This document shows, one piece after another, positions 51,189 to 64,000 of a stretch of 64,000 bases of DNA. Source of the DNA: Cercozoa sp. M6MM (taxonomy: Eukaryota > Protista > Endomyxa: Ascetosporea); the NCBI GenBank assembly GCA_040357565.1, contig JBDODJ010000032.1, one strand, 5' to 3'. The notes under the pieces were generated by a model. The model saw only the letters and a list, made by a program, of their open reading frames with translations, did not search any database and was not told the origin of the DNA. How positions within the stretch are numbered: position 1 is the stretch's first letter; every line of letters starts with the position of its first letter. The position numbers and the translations under genes were made by a program.

Positions 51189-54100
51189 CTAATAGTGACA
51201 GAATACTGTTTTAACAACAGGGCACACAGCGGTACATCTAATAAAAGCAATTTGAGTGCGTATTTTGGGGGTTCGGCATTGCCTCGAAAAATCGATGCAA
51301 TTAAACTTACTACCCTCCTCAATCAGCGAGAGGTTGAAGAGGAGTCTCAGATATTTATCCGATTCAATCGAGCGATTGCCCAGAAGCTGAGCTTGCCGAC
51401 GGCGTCGTCTGGTCGGTGGAGATCGCAGCGACAAGCGGGACCTTGGCACCAACGTCTTGCCTAATTTTCAACCACAAGACACTCAGTCCCACCAAGCGTA
51501 CATATCAAAGAACGTACACCGCGAACTTGACAAACTTCACAAAGACAGGCAAGGTCGCGAGCGGTCCGAACAGACGATTCGCCGCCGATCCGACTTCACT
51601 GATGTCAACCTTGCTCTCGAGTAAGCCGGCAGCATACTTGGCCTCTCGAAGAACGCGCGAGAACTGCAGGAACAGCTTGATATACTGATAGACCTATATA
51701 TTTTCATCTTAAATCACAAAAGTACCATGTGTATTTTGTGGCAGTGCAGAAGTGCTTTGAGCACCTCAATCATCGTGTTTGGAAGGAAAACACTGAAGGG
51801 AGCTTCGTGGCGCCAGCTGAACTTATCAAACATTACAAACTGTACCTGTGCCTGAGACCGAGAAGAACAAAACACTCACGTTTCGAGGGCCAAAAGAAGG
51901 GGACTGCAGCGAGAACTGGTGACCACAGGAATACGCTTCAACAAGTCTCCACTCGAGTCGTATGCGGGCGGCGTCGACTGTACTGCGACCGCTTTGCTCA
52001 ACACGCTGTGTTCGACAGTCGGATTGTGCTGAAAGGTAGGCCAAAATGTACTGTACATATGATAAAATTATATATGTAAACCAGTACCGATGGAATTCGC
52101 AATTGAAAAATGGAATCCGCCTGCCAAGCCATACGCAGCCATTTCACCGTCTGCAGCGCAACAAACAAGCGTTTCGATCTGTTTCAATGGAATTGGAAGA
52201 CAGTTTCATAACAAACGAAACCTCCGAGTAGTGCAGGTTTGCCGAGATGAGCGTGTGCGCCCAGGCATCATTCGGTGCAGTTTGCAGTGCAGCGAACATC
52301 AGAAGGTCAGCCAGGAGATTCTGCACAGCCGAAGCTTCGATTTAAAACAAAACAGGTTCAGTTTCAAGAAATAAACTTACCTTGATGCTTCCAGTAAATG
52401 TGGTCGACATGTCCATCTCTTCGATTGCAAAACTGTTACATGCTCGTTTCTGTCGCAAATATTATGTGAAGAACAAACGAAGAAGAAGGAAAGGAAGGCT
52501 AGATTACAATCGCTTCCGAAGGCGGCACGTTAAGTTTGATGCTGAGAGCCACCAGCCACGCGAAAGCAGTTGCATCTTTGGCAACCACGATGGCGTATTC
52601 TGTCAGCGACGAGAGTAACATGGAGTCCACTGAGCGTCCCTGATGGGCGAGAAACAAAAGCACAGTCCCAGAAAAGCACACGAAGAATCCGAAGAAAATC
52701 AACCATCTCGCTGATTTCGTGGTAGGTTAGGAAGGGTATAGTTTTCGGAACTGATGGAATAGTCAGATTCAACGCCAGAAGAGGGAACAATTGGCGATGT
52801 TCGATGTGCGGATCATAGCTAAAGTAAAAAGCCGGATCAGAACACACAGTAAATGAATTGAGACAAGTGAGATAATTTGTGTACCTGGTTTTGCCGGTCA
52901 GCGCGGCCTTCAACGCTGCCACGAGATCGAGCAAGTGGTGGGATGGCACTGTGATACCAAAGCAATCGACTGTAGTGCTGATTCCTCTCTGTTTGCTGCA
53001 AGCGAACAAATCTGTCATCTTGAGTCAAGACAGAATGACCGATCGTACAGTTCGTCGCTGAAGAAACGCACAGGCGATTCGTGCATCAACATGACTGCTC
53101 GAAGCAGGGGCTGTGTCCACATTGTTTCAGGTCGTGCCAGCGATTGTGCTGCGAGGGACTTCTTTTCAACTCCTTGGGCCCCACCCACCTTGATACTCGA
53201 GAGCACAACGGCTGGTAACCAGTCAAACCGACGATGTCGCTCGCCTATCAAAACAGAAAGAGTCCAAACCCCTACAAAATGAAAATAGAATGTGCAGTAC
53301 CTTCAACAGCGTTCTGGTAGAGGAATATCAGCATACGCAGGAAAACTGGACGCAGTTGCGGGATGTGCTGCACCAAAAACGAAGGCCGAGAGTAAAATAC
53401 AAAAAAAATCTGTTGAGTCAACTTACTTCTAGAGCCGCGGCGTAGTTGTACACAGAGTATTGTGTGTTCACGAAGTTTGTGTGCCAAAGCTGACACGATT
53501 CGCACAACGTCTCAGCGAAAAGGCAAAAGTCAGTTGTTTCAGTTGGTAAATTTACCTTCGGTGTGGCAGCCATTGTAGAGGAGTACCACATGATAGCTCT
53601 GCTAGCCCAGACGTCGTACTCCTCAGAAGTGTCGTTAAACACGAAGTAGCACAAAACAGAAGGTGTCGTTTCTTCAGTGTTGACACATCGATCAATCCCT
53701 CGACCACCGTTCTCGGCGACACTGATGCCAGCGATCGCTGTGTCCAGCAGTGTCTGCATGAACACGAGCGACATAGGCGGAATCGAGACTCTCAGGTTTC
53801 GAGAAGGATCTTTCCATTGCTTGCACTGATAATAAACGACGTAAATATTACCTTAAAGCGAAAAAATCAAAAAACCAAAACACCTTCCAAAAATCCGCTG
53901 CTTGTCGACGATACAGCTTTCGCATGATCGTTTGTTCGGTAGGTTGGGCCGATCTCTGGCGTGCTACACCTAGTTCTACGCCCAGCGCTATTGCAAACTG
54001 CTGGACATCGGCGCGGAGCAGTTCGAACAGAGTCGTGATCACTCCAAGTGGCGACTCTTCTCGTGCGGGGTCAACACACTGTTCCACCATCGAGAACAGC

Positions 54101-54370
54101 TCGAGTTGCTGCGCCTGACGAGCATCACTGTCGTAAGGGAGCCCACGACAGTACTCTTGGTTTAACAGACCGCGCAGGCAGTCCTACATCACCAGGTTAA
54201 CTTTGTCAGATTTGAGTCAGTAGCCACTCAGCAAAAAACGAGAAAATATGACTCCAAAATACTGCACGCAAAACCGACGCAAACGCTACCTCGAGTGTGC
54301 GCGTGACGCGCACTTGGGTCGCACTTGCGCCCAGGATCAGCAAAACCCAGCAAAGCCACGTTTTGGCCAT
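51189..54370 (-). CDS. Hypothetical secreted or membrane protein, multi-exon
   Basis: Signal peptide MAKTWLCWVLLILGASATQ and a series of minus-strand exon-like ORFs. Family not recognised; 3' end approximate. Confidence 0.45.
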
Positions 54371-54742
54371 GTGATTTTGAATCTTATCGACTTTTGTTTC
54401 TCTCGTTGTGTGTTTGCTGGCTTCGCAGAAAGGCAACGCCAATGCTACGCTTTTGGACAAGCGAACTGATTTCAGACTCGCGCACTGACTCTAGGAAAGA
54501 GAAACTCGATTTTCCCAGGGTGGGCCAGGTCCCCGCACCTCGGGTCCGCCACTTGCCTCTCAAAGTCCGACACTCGGATCAAAAGTCACATTTTCTGGTT
54601 TCGCTAAAAGCGTCTATAGTCCCTGGGAATCACACGCATGCATCTAATCTGGTTCATTCAAGCAGGAAAACAGAACAGAGATTGAGACCAAAAAACAAAA
54701 AAAAAGTGCTGTGCTGGTGCGACCTGGGCATGAAAGTTAGAG

Positions 54743-57274
54743 ATGCGGATACAGAACAAGGACTGGCCGCAGTGTCCGCATTGCGGCACGCATATTAATC
54801 CGGTACGTTCTGAGGTGCAGTTTGTGTTGTTTTGCGGTGGATGATGTTGGCACAGCGCAACTTCACCAAGCACGCCGGCACGCTCGGAATCTGTTCCGGT
54901 ATTTTCCCGTATTTTATTGTATTTTTTTTTATTGAGAGAAACCCCAAAAGCCGAAAATACAAAAATAAAAGTGTTTGTGTGTTTTGTTTAGTGCTGAAGA
55001 AGCGCCGAGAGGAGCAGTCACAGACCTGTGCGTTTCTTCTGGAAAAATACGAAAATAATAAATACACGAAAAATACGAAAAATACGAGGTGCGCAGATTA
55101 TGTGAAAGACGTCAACGCCGACCCGATGGAGCTCGAGGCGGCCTACCTCACTGGCACTGATTGTATCTTCTTTTTACGTGATCGATCAGTGATCACGCAA
55201 TGATCGATAGCGATCATTCATGATCGATCAGTGATCACTCAATGCTCGGACGGTTTGTGTGTAGTTGCGTTCGGCGGCAGCAAACCGTCGTTCGACGAGT
55301 TGACACGTGCGCGGCTGTCGAAGCGTATCGAGTGTACCCCCAGCTTTACCCCCCTGTTTACCCCCCTGTTTACCCCCCCCTCATGCCCCCAGGCACACCG
55401 CCGGGCCTGCTGCGGAAGTCGCAGTTCGACCGACTGATCGCGCGACTCGAGAGCGCCGTTCTGCCTGGTACAAGACCTCGTCCATTTGGACCACTGTACG
55501 TCCATTTGGACCATTGTGTCCATTTGGACCACTGTCTATTTGGACTTGTTTAATTTGGACTTGTTTATTTTGGACATGTTTATTTTGGACCTTGTTTATT
55601 TTGGACCTGTAGTGCGCAAGTCGCACCGCGTGGACGAAACTGCGCTCGCAGTGACCGCGGCCGTCCGCGCGGAGGCGCCGCTGCTGTCACATGCGGCCAA
55701 GAAACGCCGCAAGCACGCGCTGCAACACGCCGCATTGTGCGCGCAGCTGCGTGGTTTTTCTGTTTTACCCCCCTCTTTACCCCCCCCCCCCCNNNNNNNN
55801 NNNNNNNNNNNNNNNNNNNNNNNNNNNNNNNNNNNNNNNNNNNNNNNNNNNNNNNNNNNNNNNNNNNNNNNNNNNNNNNNNNNNNNNNNNNNTACTACCT
55901 CTCTTCCATTTTGCCCCCTCCCCCCATTTTACGCCCTCTTTACCCCCCTCTTTGCCTCCTCTTTGCACCCACTTTACCCCTTGTTTACTCTCCTGTTTAC
56001 CTCTATTTACTCCCTTCTTTTCTTACCTTCCTCTTGCCCTTTGTTTATTCCCTTTCGTTTACTCCCCTGTATACCCCCGGGCCCCGGTGGCGCCCCCCCC
56101 CAGAGACGGCGTCGTTGAGGCGAGAGACGACGCTGGTGGAATTCGGCGCCGGCAAGGCCGAGTTGTCCAAAACACTCGCGCTCACGTCGCAGCGTCTGCA
56201 TGGGTGTTTCCCCTCATCTTTACCCCCTACCCCCTTTCCCCCTTACCCCCCCCCCCAGAGACGAAGGTGTCCGCGTCGTATGTGTCGACATGCAGAACTT
56301 TCGACACAAGTGCGAGCGTGTGTTACAGGTAGTCTTACCCACCCTGTCCCTACCCCTACCCCTACCCTACCCTCTTACCCCCCCCCCCCCCGAAGGAGCG
56401 TGCGCGGCGTCTGAGAGTGAACCTGCGTCATTTGGATTTGCGTCGCGTGCCGTGGCTCGTGTCGTCGCTCCGCGTGGACTGCGTAGCCAAACACCTCTGC
56501 GGCTGCGGCACTGACTACGCTCTGCGCTCGCTGCGTACTGCCTTGCAGGTACTAGCTTACCAACTACTAACTGCCTTGTTCAACCTAGTACTGGGCGGTA
56601 GGGCGACACCAAGGTGCCACTCGGCAGTCTCGTCATCTCGCTGTGCTGCCATCACAAGTGCACCTGGGCCTCCTTTTGCGGCCGCGCCTTCCTCCAGCAG
56701 CACGGCATCAACAACGATCGGTACCAGACAAGCACAAAACACACTCCAAAATCACAAAAACTCACAATTGATCGGTCAAAAATGATTGCACACGCCACAA
56801 TGTGACCACACGCCGATTTTGCAACAGAGAGTTCGCACAACTGTGCCGATTGGCGGCTTGGGCCTCCTCAAGTCACGTGCGGTACTTGAACTCACTCTAT
56901 TTGCTCAGTGGTCTGGTCCACTTTTTGGATTTTTGGTATTTTTCCTGACTTGGGCAGTCAAACTGACAAGAAATCCGACTTGAGCGACCAGAACACTGAC
57001 ACGGATCCCCACGTGCACACGTTCCTTACAGCGACGGAGAAACAGCGTTTCGGACGTCTGGCCAAGCGTGTGCTGGACTCGGCGCGACTTCACTTTTTGT
57101 GCGTTTTTGTGCTTTTTTGTGCTTTCTGTTGTCAGTTGCGAAGTTTCCACAAATTGCTGGTATTGCTATGTTGCCGCCAGGCGCGAGGAGTGCGCGGCGA
57201 CGCAGGTTGAACTTGTGGAGTTCTGCGATGAGGACGTGACGCCTGAGAACGTGCTTCTGCGTGCCGTGTTCTGA
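54743..57274 (+). CDS. TRM13: tRNA:m(4)X modification enzyme TRM13 (spans the gap at 55793-55892)
   Basis: N-terminal CPHC..H...KH....C zinc finger, KHALQ, LVEFGAGKAELS, VAKHLCGCGTDYALR, SLCCHHKCTW, GRLAKRVLDSARL, VTPENVLL. Confidence 0.92.
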
Positions 57275-57899
57275 CGCAAAACGAAAACGTGACTCGTCGA
57301 CGCGATACGTTGCGAGCTTGTCGGGTCGTGTACTGTCCGTACATCGCATGTACCGTACTCGACTCAGTTTTAACACAAGCTTGAGTTAGTTGGGGCGGGG
57401 AGGTTCCTGACTTTTCTCAACGGCAAGTTCGGTTACGTTAGCGTTCCCAGATACCAGTTGCATTGAACCTTCAGTTCAGAACTGTAACTGTTCAGTTTCG
57501 GTTCAATTTACCAAAAATTTAGAGCAGATTCAGTTCAAGATTGTTCACCGAAGCATCTGCGTTTCCGGCCGAGTGCGAGTGCGGGTGTGTCGATGTTGCA
57601 CGCGAGACGGCGACACTGCGAACCTTGCAGCACATTAGGGCGCTGATCGAGTACAGCAGCGCCACCGGGATGAGTGCAACGTGCTCTTGTCCTGAGAGTT
57701 TATTAAATGGTTCAGCTCATGTGTTAAAACAAATCAGTACGGTCATGTTAAAACGAGTTACCAGAGATCTCGTTGGCAGTCGCAAACAAAAACGGGCCAA
57801 TCCAACCCATTGCGTATCGAGACCATCTGTCCAGTGTATCAGTCTAGTTAACCCTGTACTTTACATGTTCAGAACTGTACACGCGCACAAGGTGTATTA

Positions 57900-60800
57900 A
57901 ACACTTACAGAAACATTGACATCAACGACGACGCGAGTGTTTTCGAACAGTCCGAGGTCAGTTTCGACATGAAGACTGTCGCCCAGCAAGCAAAATTAGT
58001 TACAGAATACAGTCAAGTCAGTTCAGTTTTTAATTCAATTGGTACCACGAAAGTGCGCAATGCGTGCTCCAAAAGCAATGCCGCTTCCCTGAGATGCAAC
58101 AATTGCAGTAACTGTCATTAATCATGATTCAAGCAGTGGCACCATTGTGAACAGGATGACAAAAAGTAGGTCGCTCCGAGAGCGAACCAAGAACACCAAT
58201 AGCACAGCTGTACATGTATCACTACTGATACTGTAGTTTGATACTGTGCAACAGTAGCAAAACTGACCCAAGAAAGAAAGAGACGTCTTCGAGAATCGCG
58301 CCGCCCGCACGCCGCCCAGAATGCCGCAGATCTCTCCGCCCATCATCATCAGCGCGATCTCCGTGCCTGTCATGCGGAACACCGAAATCATGAACGGAGC
58401 AGTCGCCAACGCCAGTCCTGCAGGCAGCAGACACACCTCATTTCCATTCTTCCTGGTGTAAACTGTAGGCACGTCAGTTTCACATCACTGACGTCAAGTC
58501 TCGCCCGAATCGGAGTCCAGACGACGTTTTTTTTTGCAATATTTGTTTGCTTAGAACGTCTGTCCCAAACGATAACCAGGCGTGTATGTCTTGACTGCCT
58601 TCATTCTCGTAATAACATGTGCTGAGTATGCTTGTACAGTCGCAAAATCAGAAGGCAGTCAGTTCGAGTTCGTCCAAAGGCGTATCCTCAGCAGGCTGCT
58701 CGTCGCTCTGGCAGCTCGGAGTGCGCGACAAGGCCACGCTGCGGATCTGCCAGCACATGACGCAACTGGTCGAGTAGAGGATCGCCACGGGGATTAGTGC
58801 GAGGTGCGCGTGTCCTTCAAAAGTACAGGCAGTTTTTGTACAGTGTTTTGCTCGTTTCAAACAGGGCGTTCTTGTACCAGAAAGCTCGTTCGCTGCAGCG
58901 AAAAGCAGCGGACCCACCCAGCCCAAGGCATAGCGCGACCACCTGACAAACCAAGTTGCACATTTTCACACACCGACTGAAGAAAGGCATCAAGGCTAGA
59001 GCTTACAAAAACATGGCCATCAAGGACGATGCCAACGCTTTCGAACAGTCCGCGGTTAGTTTCGACATGAAGACTGCCCAATTTAGTGTTCTACATCTGG
59101 ATCTGAGCGGAAAAGGAACCGACTGGACAGTTACCCACCTCGAAAGTGCGCAATTCGTGCACCGAATGCGACACCACTCGTCTAAATTTCAATTTTAAAT
59201 GTTATAACGAAACACTCTTATTTTTTTGCAAGTAACTGAACGAACTGACAGATGTTACCACTCCAAACACAACGACGAAAGCAAAGTCTTTTCGCGATCG
59301 GACAAAGAACGGCACCAGTGCAGCTACAGTAGATATATATATATATATAAGTTTATATCATAGAATACACAAGAGATATCAACAGTGAATATAGGTCAAG
59401 GCGTGTACCAAGGAAGGAAAGAAAGGTGCCCGCGAACACAAGAGTGGACGGACGGCAGGTCTTCGAGAAGCGCGCCGAGAGTGCTCCGCCGGCAATACCG
59501 CAGATCTGACCGCCCACAAGAAGCAGTGCAATCTCAGTGCTCGTCATGTGAGCCACCGTCATCAAGAAAGGCGTTAAGGCAGCTCCCAGTCCTTTTCAAC
59601 GGCACAGAAGTCAATTTGGGTCCAGTTTAAGTTAAAAGCACAACAGGAAGACACAGAAAACAAACTGAAAAAGTACCGGCATCACCGGCACTGAGTACAA
59701 CATTCATGAGCAGGAACCAGTTGCCTTCGGGCCGGCGTCGACGCAGCACTCGCCATGCCGTGCGCATCTTGCTCACCACACTCTGCGTCTCGTACTGCGA
59801 CTCTGTGCTTTCGCGCGTTTTCGTCTCCATTCCGATCTGAGCACACACAATATAAACTGTCAGTTGCGCTTTTATTAACGGAGTGGTATTGGAAATTACC
59901 AAGAAAGGCAGTGCAATCAAGAGCCACAATAGACCTGCAGCAGTGACAAAACTAGCTCGTTGACGCGATGGCGAGTGTCTCAGCACCGCGTTTGACCAGT
60001 GTACTTGTTGACCTGAACTCAAGTCAGTAAATTAACAGTTGGTGTAGTAATATTTACAGTACCAGAACTGAGGTGTGTCAGCACTGCGAATGAGTCTGTT
60101 TCTACTCGAACTGCGTCTGTTGACAGTGTGCCCTATAAGACCACCAATTAAATTTAAACTCAAGGATCCAAACAGACCGCAGAAAATGTACAGCACCTTG
60201 ACATAGTGTGTCTCCTCTTCAAAGGACTCAAACCGAGTAAAGGCGTGTTTCACAGTGTCAAAGGAACCAAACACGACCTCGCCTGGCACGTTCGAACTCG
60301 CGCTAAACCGGAACTCACCGGGCCCACTAAATAATAAAGTGACTCTATTGCATGCCAATTCAGTTTGATACCCAGTAAATTTAGATGAAGAGTGCCAATT
60401 ACACATCATGAAACTGCGTCAACAGTGCAACAGCATCGGCGGAGCTGACATGCAGAGTGTCGCCCACAATGGTGCACAGAGAATCGCCTTTTTTCGTACC
60501 TTCAATTGGCACAACAGACCATGTTCGAGTAAAGGCAGAATGACAGATTGAATAACTTAAACTTACAAGGATGCAACGAAATGACGGCATTGCTGTCCTT
60601 TGACAGTGCGGTGAACTCGGTAATTGACACTTCGTTGGTCACCTAAAGTTGAGTTTCTTCAGTTCAGAAATGAGAAGTTTGATGATTGAATGACTGAGGG
60701 ATACGTTGCTTTCGCTGTTGCCGCTGCGATGAAGAAGCAACGCAAAGAAACCCGCCACTCCAATCTACAATTTGAAGAGTTCAGTTTCAACTGAACTGTA

Positions 60801-61902
60801 AACTCACATTAATAATCCCCCTGTTTCAGTTGTTTATAATACCTGTGCCATGTTGCCCAACCCAAGAGCCCAAGCCGAGCACAGAATCTGCTTTCGCGCA
60901 GGCACGTGTGTCGTGAGCAGTGAGTACACTGGCACCAGTGACACCTCATAGCTGTACACAAGCATCTCAATTTTAGTATAGCAATTTACCAAACCAACTG
61001 CTACAGTATTTATCATGTGAAAGTAACATACGCTACACTGGCCACGATGATTGCGAGTGCGAACAGATCCAGCGACGGCAGCAGTGCGAACGACGCCGTC
61101 GAAAGCGCTCCCGCGATGTTCGCTGCAGTCTAAAATTCCAGGAGTTAAATTTAAACTTACTTCAACGTGTAAAATTCAGTTGGAAGTTGTACAGTACCAT
61201 AAGTGAGCCACGCGACGACTTGTGAATCGCACCGGCCAGCGGGATCGCCCACACGCCCAACAATGTCGTTATGGCCAGTGTGAACGAAGTTGCAGTCGTC
61301 GGAAGCATTGGGATTCCCCCTGAGGTGAGTTCAAGAAGTCTGAGTCGTTTGTACAGTACGTGCACGAATACAATATTCAAGACAAGAGATCCTACAGACA
61401 GAAACGCGTCCATTCGGCCCCGCGTCGGCGTTCCAGTAGGCCACATCGGTCAGGAACGAGTTGCAGAAGGCAGCAAACACGAGACCTGCCTGCCCATTTA
61501 AATTTCACTCACTGAAAGTTCCATAAGGTACCAGTTGAGTGAAGATACGGGAGTTCTCGCGACTGCCGCAGCAACAAAGACATTCGCGAAGGAAAACAAA
61601 CGCGCACGAAGTGTTCGTTCCTCTTTGCCACCGACACCGAGATCAGATAAAGCGACATCATCGTTCTTAAACTCAGAGTCGCCGGTGTATTGAACAAGAG
61701 TCGACAAGCGTTGGCACTCATCGTACACGCTCTCTTCGCTTTCGCTCAGTGGCAGCGTGTCGTCTAAAGCACCGTTGCGAAACTGAGCAGACTGAGAAGT
61801 TATTGTCTTGTCAAACTCGTCTAACTCGGTGGCATCCACTCCGAGAGCCTGGCGTCGCATTTGAAGTTTCTGCCGTATTTCGTTCTGCATTGCACGGTCC
61901 AT
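57900..61902 (-). CDS. MFS-type transporter, multi-exon, with a duplicated C-terminal exon block
   Basis: Multiple TM exons (FANVFVAAAVA, LGVWAIPLAGAI, YSLLTTHVPARKQ...LGLGNMAQ, WFLLMNVVL, IALLLVGGQICGIAGGALSARFSKT). Boundaries approximate. Confidence 0.55.
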
Positions 61903-62618
61903 GTTCGCTTTCGCTTGCTCCTGCACAGCAACTGCGCTTTATTCAGTTCCAACTTTACTGTAAAACTGAATTCAAGCACCCAGTAACTGAGAATCCAAGT
62001 CCTAAAACGGCACTATCGATGCTCAAAACACGCACAGCAGACGCGGTATTGCTGTTGAAGCACGGTAGGTCCAAAACAACAAGCCTGGAGTAGCGGCACG
62101 TCACCAGCAGATGAGATCAGTTTTTTTACGACATGCTTTATTGCTTGCTTAAACTTACATGCGTTCCGATCCACTCAGCTTAAAGTGCTAGTGGCTAGAC
62201 TGAGAAATGCTACAGTCTAAAGGATTACACCCACCAGGCTCCGTTGTGAGCACAATTTCGTTCAGTTCCTCCACTTGACAACAGAACTCAGAACTCCACT
62301 TAAACTGCAAGCACAGCAGTCAATGCACCAAGTTGAACTGACTATAACTAGATGTAACCTTAGTAAGCTACAAGTAACTCTCAACTGAAACTACAAGCAC
62401 TGTACTAGTGAACCGCCGACAACCATCAGTGCGGCAAAGTGAAACTAGTGCGCTGACCTCAACTGGATGGGCCAGGTCGCTTGCACGCAAAAGTGACGTG
62501 CCGACAAACTTATGCTGCGGCATGAGTAAGCCCCTTGACACTGCGACGAAACAACTTTCGCAAGGTGGAGTGAGAAGTGTGAGTGAGTGAGACGTCCAAG
62601 TGATAGAGACAAAGTCAG

Positions 62619-64000
62619 ATGAAGTTCCTGCTTGCATCGCTTTTGCTGGCCGGTGGGGCCATGGCCACGCCGCAAGCTGTGCCGGAGCCTGTGCCCGTTA
62701 GCGCTGCTCCTACGGCTGAGGCGGTAGCAGAGCCAGCAGGCACGCCTTCGAATGCAACCGAGCTGCAATTTGACACACTCAAGGTTTTAAATTTTATCTT
62801 GCTTGCTCACGCAGTTGGGAAAACTTCACCCAGATGAGCGAGTTGCAACAACTCGTTGACGACATGAAAACCCCGGAGAACTGCCAGAGCGAGGTTCGTT
62901 GGAGTTTAAAAGTCTGTCCGGCATTTTTTGGTTTTGTGCATTTGCTTGTGACTTGAACTGCCAATCCCCCAACAGACCCAGTGCACGCTGGTCAAGGTGT
63001 TCCAGCTCGTGATTGACGTGTCTCCGGAGCAATACCTCGACATTCTCGAGATTCCGGCCGAGCAGCGCGCCACGTTGCGTGTGAAACTCGCTGACGTAAT
63101 TTCGATTCTAGCTCGGGTTGAGTGTTGCTATTTCAGTTTTGTACCGGTTTTGTCCAGCTGGTGAACAAGAGCAAGTCGCCCGAATGGACGCAGGATCAGT
63201 TGCAACAGCAGCCAGTTGCGGTATTAATTTCGATCATTCTGTTGTTTTTTGTCTGCAGTCTTCGTGAACTGGTCAGTTGAGTTGAGTCATACATCTACAG
63301 TTGCGAGCGGCAATGGACAAGAAGACGCGTGTGCGTGCCGTGCTCAAGGACCGCTCGATGAAGAAGGTGCTTGCGACCACCACTTATCTGCACTGTAATT
63401 CTTGCTACTGTTTTTTACTGAGAGGACAGATGATGAAGAAGGCCTTCAAGTCGCTCTGGGGCAGTCGCAAGAAGAAGTGCCAGGAGGAGTGCAAGCCGGC
63501 ACCATGCAAGCCTTCCTACGACTCGTACAAACCGTCCTACGAGTCCTACAAACCTTCCTACGGTCAGGTATCAATCACTGTGCCGACAGTCTTTCTGCAC
63601 TTATGCGAGTGCTACAGCCATCCTACGAGTCGTACAAACCATCCTACAACCCGTCTTACGAGTCCTACAAACCGTCCTATGGCCAGGAGGTACCGATACG
63701 CATTCGATGATAATTTAAGTGCGTCGTAATTCTCTGTTTTTTACTGTAGCCTGCGTGCGGAGGTGTGCTCCGGCGGCAGCTGCAAACCACCTTGCAAGGA
63801 GCCTTGCAAGGAGCCTTCCTGCCAGCCGGTATATCCGTGTCCCTCCCCCTTCACTCTTACCACTCACATTAGAGTAAGTAGACCTCGTGCTGCGAGCCGT
63901 CGTGCTGCAACTTCTCCTTGGACAGTTGCGAGGAACTGTGTCAGTTTCACCCTTCCCTGTCAGTAGTATCGAGAGGGTAGGAGTTTATTGGTACCCCCCT
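62619..64000 (+). CDS. Secreted protein with (KPSYESY)n and Cys/Pro/Lys (CKEP) repeats; wall or coat-like; truncated by the window end
   Basis: Signal peptide MKFLLASLLLAGGAMA; exons encoding KPSYDSYKPSYESYKPSY and CKPPCKEPCKEPSCQP. Confidence 0.6.

Noticed and set aside
42337-57274. Functional cluster of modification enzymes (NAA30, THUMP, TRM13)
   Set aside because: Unrelated housekeeping genes interspersed with others; no evidence of co-regulation.

Overview
Eukaryotic, gene-dense, intron-rich scaffold, probably from a protist (taxon not determinable here). Introns are mostly ~50-70 nt GT-AG, some swollen by simple repeats, and there are three 100-N gaps. About 22 spliced genes are present. 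Recognisable ones are Vps34, POP4/Rpp29, an AAE17/18-type acyl-CoA synthetase, a CNBD voltage-gated channel, MTHFS, an EDEM-type GH47+PA protein, a GH28, NAA30, a THUMP methyltransferase, an Ion_trans pore domain, TRM13 and an MFS transporter. Also present are a TraX-like membrane protein, an intron-containing retropepsin and Cys-rich secreted paralogues. A full-length, apparently intact APE-RT-RNase H non-LTR retrotransposon (20332-26458, minus strand) carries a 15-bp target-site duplication. The main unexplained signals are four. (1) The 10-bp palindrome TCCGCGCGGA occurs 12 times, plus TCCGCGTGGA variants, in exons in all three codon phases and in intergenic DNA, reminiscent of cyanobacterial HIP1. 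(2) The LINE is inserted exactly on the TGCTCCGCGTGGAA head of a small three-copy repeat family, one copy of which ends in the LINE's own 3' tail. (3) The LINE 3' UTR is highly structured and has a diverged second copy at ~42 kb. (4) LINE ORF1 is atypical, with a hydrophobic N-terminus and Gly-Phe hexapeptide repeats. Gene models were spliced by eye, so several ends are approximate.
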